Part shown: piece by piece, positions 1 to 6,132 of the stretch
Layout: every line of letters begins with the position of its first letter
Numbering within the stretch: position 1 is the stretch's first letter
From: a bacterium
Lineage (GTDB): Bacteria; SZUA-182; DTGQ01
NCBI GenBank assembly: GCA_040752695.1
Contig: JBFMGO010000101.1
Location: forward strand, 1 to 22,636
Direction: 5' to 3'
DNA: 22,636 nt
Made by a program: the position numbers and the translations under genes
The notes under the pieces: model-generated
What the model was told of the DNA's origin: nothing
Seen by the model: only the letters and a program-made list of their open reading frames with translations
The model's database searches: none

Positions 1-177
1 GAAGTTGGCTGGAATTGACAGGGCGAAGCTTTATCTTTTTGGGTCGCCGCTCAAAGGTGAGTGGGAACGGGGCCGGGGAGCAGGGCTGATTGGCCACATA
101 AGTATCTTTCGAAATATTACTTTATCTGGGAAAATGTTACTTTTTTTCTATTGTGTTATAGAAATGAGGAGAAGGGG

Positions 178-3100
178 ATGGAAAAAGCTGAAAGGATCAC
201 TGAATTCACCGAAAGGATCACCGAATCTACTATTGACGCTATCAGGAGGGAGATCGGCAGGGAAAAGATCTCCTATGAGCACATATATCGCCTTGAGAAC
301 GGCTATACCCTGATTGCAGTGGTAAGCAAAGAGAAAGAGCAGGAAGGCCGCCAGAAGCAGGCAGCCCGCCAGGGGGAGCAGGAAGGCCGCCCCGAAAAGG
401 AGGGCTTCTACCGGGTCACGCTGGCCACTGATATTCCTGGCCCGCTGATCCTGCACTGGGGAGTGGGTGGACGATTTCTCTTCGAATGGACCCTGCCTCC
501 ACCCTCCATCCGTCCTGAAGGGACGACCCTGTTTCAAAACAGTGCCGCCCGGACTCCCTTTGCTGATCAGCCTGTCCGGCAGGGGAAGGAGGGGATGGCA
601 ATGAGGATTTTGCATCTTCAAATGGGCGAGCAGGAAGCCCCACGGGGCATTTCGTTCGTGCTCTTTCAGCCCGCTTCCGGCCTCTGGATAAAGGATCATG
701 GGCGCAATTTCACCATTCCGGTCATCATCCCCGATCAATACAGCAAAGTCTTGGGTGATCCCGGTCTTATAGCTCTGGCTGAAGCGATCATCGACAGGGA
801 GATGAACAGCGGGTCATGGACCCTGATGCACCGGTTCAATCTCTGCCATGATCTTTTGGATGAGATCCCTCTCCATAACCTGGACGGGCTGGCCTTGCTC
901 TTTGTCTGGCTGCGTTTTTCCGCCATCAGACAATTGGACTGGCAGAGGAACTATAATACCAAGCCCAGTGAACTGAGCCACGCCGAAGACCGCTTGACGA
1001 TCAAGCTGGCTGAACGCTACGCCGTCACAAGGGCGGGTGAAGAAGCAGGGGAAAGCCAAGGAGCAATGGCAATGACAGGGGAAACAGACAGAGCAGCAGG
1101 GACAACAGAGAGAGCAGGAAAAAATGAACCATCGGGGGCAAGGGGGGCAACAGAGAGAGCAGCGCGGGGCAGGGAACTTGTCCGCCTGCTCCTGACCACC
1201 CTGGGGCGGGGCGGTGAGGGTCAAAAGGTTCGTGACGAGGTTTTACATATCATGCACCGCTATGGTATCAAGGAGGTTTCCGGTCATTTTCTGGAGGAAT
1301 GGCACCAGAAACTCCACAACAACACAACCCCCGATGACGTAGTCATCTGTGAGGCCTATCTGGAATTTCTGAAAGGTAATGGCAACACCGATCTTTTTTA
1401 CCGCAAACTCATGGAGGCCGGCATCACCAAAGAGCGGCTGGAAAGCTACGAGCGGCCGATCAGGTCTCACCCTGAGTTCATGCCGCATCTGAAGGATGCC
1501 CTCATCCATGATTTCGAATACTTTCTGGGGATTCTCAAATCGGTCCACTCGGGTACGGACCTTGGAATTGCCATCCAGGCAGCACGCTACCTCTTTGATG
1601 CAAATATGCACGGCCTCATGGATTTCATATGGTTTCACCAGGCAGATCCCTGGACGCCGGCGGGCACTTTGGCCGAAAGCATCACCGAAGGGCGGCGGCG
1701 TCTTGCAAGCAGGTTACAGGGGTCTTTAGAGGAGCCTTCATATCAGGTGCGCGATATGCTCTTTCTCGATCAGGCACTGGAGGAGTTCCTGCGGGTGGTG
1801 ATAGAGCGGACTTCTTATTCCCTCCTGGAGGGAAATCAACTGGTAGACCTGGCAGCCCTGATGCTCGAAAATCTCAACCTTACACGGCCGGATGATGAGC
1901 TTGCCGCTATCTTCCGCCACTGGGGCCGGCTCAAACAGATGCCCCGTTTTGGCAAGGACTGGTCTTTGAGGGCCGAAGCCGCTCTCAGCCGTCTGAGGCG
2001 TGTTCTCGGCGTATACATAGACGACTATTATCAGCTCCTTCAACCCAAGGCCGAGTTTCTCGGACAAGCCTTCCGTGCTGAAAGCTGGACCATCAATCTC
2101 TTTAGCGAAGAAGTCATACGCGGCCGCTCTGCCTTCATCCTGGCCATGCTCTTGCGCTCCCTTGATCCTATCCTGCGGCAGAATGCCGACCTTGGCAACT
2201 GGCAGGTTATCAGCCGAAACCGCGTCACAGGCGAAGTGAAAGTTGTAGATGTGTTACAGTCAGTGCAGGATAAAAGATACACCCGGCCCACGGTCATTAT
2301 TGCCGATCATGTCACCGGCGAAGAGAATATTCCCGAAGGAGCCGCAGCCGTCATCACCTCTGATCCGGTGGATATTGTCTCCCATGTAGCCATTCGGGCC
2401 AGGAATGCCCGTCTGCTTTTTGCCACCTGCTATGATCCCCAAATCATCAAACGCCTGAAATCGCTCGAAAGGCAGGTAATCAGGCTTGACGTGAACGTTT
2501 CTGGTGAACTCGTCATCGAAGAAAAACCTGGTGCCGAGAGAACGAAGGCACCTTCCGTGAAGGCACCGAAGGCAGCCATGCCTGAACACCGGCCCGGTTT
2601 CACCGCTTATGCCGTACCGATGAGCGATTTCAGCGAGCACACTGTCGGGAGCAAATCCAATAACCTGAGGCGACTGTATGGCAGGCTGCCTGAGTGGATA
2701 AGCCTTCCCACGTCAGTGGCACTGCCTTACGGGGTCTTCGAAAGAGTCCTTGAGGAAAGGAGCAACAAAGATATTGCCAGGCATTACCAGGAATTAACCG
2801 GACAACTGGTTAGAGAGGAAGAAACCGGGGCAAAGGCAGGGGCTGAAGCCGGGGCCGGGGCTGGGGCTGAGCCGGGAGGGACAGGATCAGAAGCTGAAAA
2901 TGCCGGCAGGGAAAGGCTCAAGGAGCGGCTCGATGATCTTCGCCGGTCCATTCTGGCACTCGAAGCGCCGGACGAACTGGTTTCTTCCCTGCACCGGATA
3001 ATGGAGCAGGCAGGGCTGCCCTGGCCGGCCAACTGGGATGAAGCATGGATGTGCATCAAGCGGGTATGGGGCTCGAAATGGAACGATAGAGCGTACTTAA

Positions 3101-3663
3101 GCCGCAGGGCAAGTGGCATTTCCCATGATGCAGTTTTCATGGCCGTGCTCGTTCAAAGGGTAGTCGAGGCTGATTACAGTTTCGTGATCCACACGGTCAA
3201 TCCGCTCGCCAATGACCGGGACACCATGTATGCTGAAGCTGTCCTGGGGCTTGGAGAAACCCTGGTCAGTGATTATCCGGGCAGGGCTCTTGGCTTCTTG
3301 TGCAGTAAAAGAGAGTGTAATCCGCAGTTTCTGGCTTTCCCGAGTAAAAGTGTCGGGTTATTCGGCGGCGGCCTGATCTTCCGCTCGGATTTCAGCGGCG
3401 AAGACCTTTCGGCCTACGCCGGTGCGGGACTCTACAGCAGCATCATGCTGCCGCAGCCCCGTAAGGTTCTCCTCGACTATACGGACGAGCGGCTTGTGTG
3501 GGATGACGATTTTCGAAAAGGCTTTTTGACTGCTGTCTCCAGGATTGGAACAATAGTCGAACAAACCCTGGGATTCCCCCAGGATATTGAGGGCGCCTAT
3601 TCCAAAGAGCATTACTATGTGGTTCAGGCACGGCCCCAGGTGGGAATAGAAAATCAAAAATAA
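178..3663 (+). CDS. Alpha-glucan, water dikinase (GWD1/R1-like) with a single N-terminal CBM45-like module, ~1161 aa
   Basis: Motifs colinear with plant GWD1: WTLMHRFN, FVWLRFSAIRQLDWQRNYNTKPSELSHAEDRLT, LGRGGEG, EEWHQKLHNNTTPDDVVIC, phosphohistidine motif DIVSHVAIRARN (His codon 2383-2385), VGSKS..PTSVALPYGVFE, WGSKWNDRA, GLGETLV..YPGRAL, GEDL.AYAGAGLY, PQDIEG..YVVQARPQ. ATG at 178 follows a purine-rich SD (gaggagaagggg) and is preferred over GTG at 61. Confidence 0.92.
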   Translation: MEKAERITEFTERITESTIDAIRREIGREKISYEHIYRLENGYTLIAVVSKEKEQEGRQKQAARQGEQEGRPEKEGFYRVTLATDIPGPLILHWGVGGRFLFEWTLPPPSIRPEGTTLFQNSAARTPFADQPVRQGKEGMAMRILHLQMGEQEAPRGISFVLFQPASGLWIKDHGRNFTIPVIIPDQYSKVLGDPGLIALAEAIIDREMNSGSWTLMHRFNLCHDLLDEIPLHNLDGLALLFVWLRFSAIRQLDWQRNYNTKPSELSHAEDRLTIKLAERYAVTRAGEEAGESQGAMAMTGETDRAAGTTERAGKNEPSGARGATERAARGRELVRLLLTTLGRGGEGQKVRDEVLHIMHRYGIKEVSGHFLEEWHQKLHNNTTPDDVVICEAYLEFLKGNGNTDLFYRKLMEAGITKERLESYERPIRSHPEFMPHLKDALIHDFEYFLGILKSVHSGTDLGIAIQAARYLFDANMHGLMDFIWFHQADPWTPAGTLAESITEGRRRLASRLQGSLEEPSYQVRDMLFLDQALEEFLRVVIERTSYSLLEGNQLVDLAALMLENLNLTRPDDELAAIFRHWGRLKQMPRFGKDWSLRAEAALSRLRRVLGVYIDDYYQLLQPKAEFLGQAFRAESWTINLFSEEVIRGRSAFILAMLLRSLDPILRQNADLGNWQVISRNRVTGEVKVVDVLQSVQDKRYTRPTVIIADHVTGEENIPEGAAAVITSDPVDIVSHVAIRARNARLLFATCYDPQIIKRLKSLERQVIRLDVNVSGELVIEEKPGAERTKAPSVKAPKAAMPEHRPGFTAYAVPMSDFSEHTVGSKSNNLRRLYGRLPEWISLPTSVALPYGVFERVLEERSNKDIARHYQELTGQLVREEETGAKAGAEAGAGAGAEPGGTGSEAENAGRERLKERLDDLRRSILALEAPDELVSSLHRIMEQAGLPWPANWDEAWMCIKRVWGSKWNDRAYLSRRASGISHDAVFMAVLVQRVVEADYSFVIHTVNPLANDRDTMYAEAVLGLGETLVSDYPGRALGFLCSKRECNPQFLAFPSKSVGLFGGGLIFRSDFSGEDLSAYAGAGLYSSIMLPQPRKVLLDYTDERLVWDDDFRKGFLTAVSRIGTIVEQTLGFPQDIEGAYSKEHYYVVQARPQVGIENQK

Positions 3664-3928
3664 CCGTTCATCTTTTCCTTTTATGACGATATAATAAAGA
3701 AGCCAGGAAACTGAACTATTGCCGAACTATTGCCATAGATATCCACGATTTCCATAATCACTATACTTTTGCACTTTTTAGTAAGTACTTGAAATACCAA
3801 TAACTTCGTAATGACAAAAATACAAAAGCATAGATAGTCATAATTGTAATGATAAACCGAAAACCGTAACTGTAATGAGCCATAGTCATCATGAAAGCCA
3901 GAATCATAACCATCATGAAAACCTGCTC

Positions 3929-3957
3929 TTGACACTATAAATTCTCACCTTGATAAA
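3929..3957 (+). promoter_or_regulatory. Possible sigma70 promoter for the GH13 gene
   Basis: TTGACA (3929-3934), 17 bp spacer, GATAAA (4/6 match to -10), ~30 bp upstream of the ATG at 3989. Confidence 0.3.
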
Positions 3958-3988
3958 CAAGAAAGCGTGCGGAAAGGAGTCCTCTAGC

Positions 3989-5293
3989 ATGGGTCAACCG
4001 GAAAAGATGATCATTTATAATGTATTTCCCCTTTTGGCCGGGAAATTCACCGAATGGGAAAAGCACCTGGTGCGCGCCTCAGAAATGGGATTCAATTGGA
4101 TTTTCGTTAATCCTGTTCAACGTCCCGGTACATCGGGCAGTATTTATGGCATAGCTGATTATTACGATTATAACCCCATCCTGATTGATGAAAAGAGCAG
4201 CTTGAAGCCGCAGGAGCAGGTCAGGGAAGTACTCAAGGCCGCAGAAAGGCTTGGCCTCAAGGTAATGGTGGACCTGGTGATCAATCACTGCAGCGTGGAT
4301 TCCGGCCTCCTGAAATCTCACCCCGACTGGTTTGTCTGGGAAGCCAGAGGCCGGGTCGCTCATCCATTTGCAGATGAGAATGGCAAAAAGGTAGTCTGGA
4401 TGGACCTGGCTCAGTTCGATCACAGGAATACGAGGGACAAGGAAGGCATCTATCAATATTTCCTTGGTGTTGTGAAGTCCATGATAGAGATGGGGTTTAA
4501 GGGATTTCGCTGCGATGCGGCTTATCAGGTTCCCAAAAGCCTGTGGGAGAGGCTCATCGGGGAAATAAAGAGAATGTACCCTGATGTGCTCTTTTTTGCC
4601 GAAACCCTTGGATGTCCGCCGGATCAGACCAGAAGGACCGCCAGTGCAGGCTTCGATTATATATTCAACAGCTCCAAGTGGTGGGATTTCAACAGTCAGT
4701 GGCTCATGCAGCAATACGCCCTCACCCGGGACATTGCCCCCTCGATCGGTTTTCCCGAAAGCCACGATACAGTGCGACTCTGTGAGGAGCTCAATGGCAA
4801 CATCAACGGGCTTAAGCAAAGGTACCTGTTTTCCGCCCTTTTCTCAGGCGGGGTCATGATACCCATAGGCTTCGAATTCGGTTTTCGAAAAAAACCGCAT
4901 GTAGCCAAAACCAGACCCGAAGACTGGGAGGAAACATCTATCGATCTGACCTCCTTCATAACCAAGGTCAACAAGATCAAGGCAGATCACCCGATTTTTC
5001 AGGAGGACGCTCCTACCGAGGTGCAGCACTACGGTGACAACAGGAATGTTCTGGTTATGTGGAAAGCCTCCACTAGAGGGCAGGAAGAGTCTTTGATTAT
5101 CCTCAGCAAGGATATATACAGCAATCAGCACTTTTATGCGGAAACCCTGCAAAAGTTTATCCAATCCGGGGCGCCACTCGTTGACATTTCCCCGGAAGGC
5201 TCCCTGGAATACATCCCTGTGCCATTTTCCTATGAACTTCAGCCAGGACAAGGAATTGTACTGATCACCTTAAGGGAGCTCGCACCGGAATAA
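3989..5293 (+). CDS. GH13 alpha-amylase-family glycoside hydrolase/transglycosylase, cytoplasmic, ~434 aa
   Basis: GH13 conserved regions: VDLVINH, GFRCDAAY (nucleophile), FFAETLG (acid/base), FPESHDT (stabiliser). SD AAGGAG at 3974-3979 before ATG 3989. No signal peptide visible. Confidence 0.9.
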   Translation: MGQPEKMIIYNVFPLLAGKFTEWEKHLVRASEMGFNWIFVNPVQRPGTSGSIYGIADYYDYNPILIDEKSSLKPQEQVREVLKAAERLGLKVMVDLVINHCSVDSGLLKSHPDWFVWEARGRVAHPFADENGKKVVWMDLAQFDHRNTRDKEGIYQYFLGVVKSMIEMGFKGFRCDAAYQVPKSLWERLIGEIKRMYPDVLFFAETLGCPPDQTRRTASAGFDYIFNSSKWWDFNSQWLMQQYALTRDIAPSIGFPESHDTVRLCEELNGNINGLKQRYLFSALFSGGVMIPIGFEFGFRKKPHVAKTRPEDWEETSIDLTSFITKVNKIKADHPIFQEDAPTEVQHYGDNRNVLVMWKASTRGQEESLIILSKDIYSNQHFYAETLQKFIQSGAPLVDISPEGSLEYIPVPFSYELQPGQGIVLITLRELAPE

Positions 5294-5356
5294 TGACAGC
5301 TTCTCTTCCCTCTGTGCGGAATCTTGTGAAACCACTTCTGGATACCCCTCCCTCGA

Positions 5357-5426
5357 TTGGAGTAACGATTTTGGAGTAACGATTATGGAATCAGCAGGGA
5401 ATAATAGCAGGGAATAGTAGGGAATA
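5357..5426. repeat. Short tandem repeats: 2x ttggagtaacgatt and 3x ag(c/t)agggaata
   Basis: Perfect 14-bp tandem at 5357-5370/5371-5384; 11-bp units at 5393, 5406 and 5416. Confidence 0.85.
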
Positions 5427-5491
5427 AAGATGTGCTCTGACGATATAAAGATTAGTCGTATATTCTGATGGAATAAAGGAGGGAGATTTAT

Positions 5492-5941
5492 ATGACTAAT
5501 CAGGAAATAGTCGATAGATTGAGCTCATTGATGAAGCTTGACATTGATGCAGTCAAATCCTATGGGCAAGCTATCGAGGAAATCGACATTTCGGATGTTC
5601 GTCAGCAGGTTACTCAGTTCCGTGACGATCACAACCGACATATCACCGATCTTTCCAATATGATCCGTGAATTCGGAGGTACTCCGCCGAGATACTCGGT
5701 TGACATGAGGGGTTTCTTCATGGAGGGTTTTACTGCTATCCGCAGTCTCACCGGGACTGCAGGTGCACTGAAGGCGTTGCATACCAATGAGGAAATAACG
5801 AATAAAGGATATCTTGACGCTCACTCATTGGAAATGTCGCCTTCTGTCATGGAGCTCATAGAGAAAAATTTCGCTGATGAGCAGCGCCATTTGAGCTACA
5901 TTACGCAGGCAATTAACAACAAGATCTGGGAAAAAAGGTAG
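5492..5941 (+). CDS. Ferritin-like four-helix-bundle protein (DUF2383/PA2169-like)
   Basis: 149 aa; LDIDAVKSY..AI, FRDDHNRHI..L..GG.P, NEE.T...Y, NFADEQRH pattern of ferritin-like fold; SD aaggaggga upstream. Confidence 0.85.
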   Translation: MTNQEIVDRLSSLMKLDIDAVKSYGQAIEEIDISDVRQQVTQFRDDHNRHITDLSNMIREFGGTPPRYSVDMRGFFMEGFTAIRSLTGTAGALKALHTNEEITNKGYLDAHSLEMSPSVMELIEKNFADEQRHLSYITQAINNKIWEKR

Positions 5942-5967
5942 GTTCCGGATTATTGTTTGTTGTATTT

Positions 5968-6021
5968 GGGATCAGGCCCTTTTGAGGTGACAGAAACATC
6001 ACCTCAAAAGGGCCTGATCCC
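5968..6021. repeat. Perfect 23-bp inverted repeat (hairpin, 8-nt loop)
   Basis: gggatcaggcccttttgaggtga (5968-5990), loop cagaaaca, tcacctcaaaagggcctgatccc (5999-6021). No U-tract follows on either strand. Confidence 0.9.
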
Positions 6022-6044
6022 TCCCCATGTACCCACCATTATAT

Positions 6045-6132
6045 AGAGAAAAATGCATGACTCGTAACTCATCGAGAGAAAAACCGTGACTCGTAATCCG
6101 TCGAGAGAAATCCATGATTCGTAACTCACATC
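6045..6132 (+). repeat. Three degenerate ~29-bp tandem copies overlapping the debranching-enzyme start
   Basis: agagaaaaatgcatgactcgtaactcatcg / agagaaaaaccgtgactcgtaatccgtcg / agagaaatccatgattcgtaactcacatc. Confidence 0.8.

Noticed and set aside
5..313. 102-aa ORF and the GTG-61 extension of the GWD ORF
   Set aside because: Overlaps the GWD start, crosses an AT-rich promoter-like tract and has no recognisable motif; the SD supports ATG 178.
178..3663. Annotation as PEP synthase/PPDK
   Set aside because: Domain order (His domain before a C-terminal ATP domain), no PEP/pyruvate barrel and GWD-specific motifs argue for a glucan dikinase.
3681..3935. 84-aa minus-strand ORF
   Set aside because: Derived from AT-rich degenerate repeats (GFHDGYDSGFHDDY), antisense within a + strand cluster, no SD.
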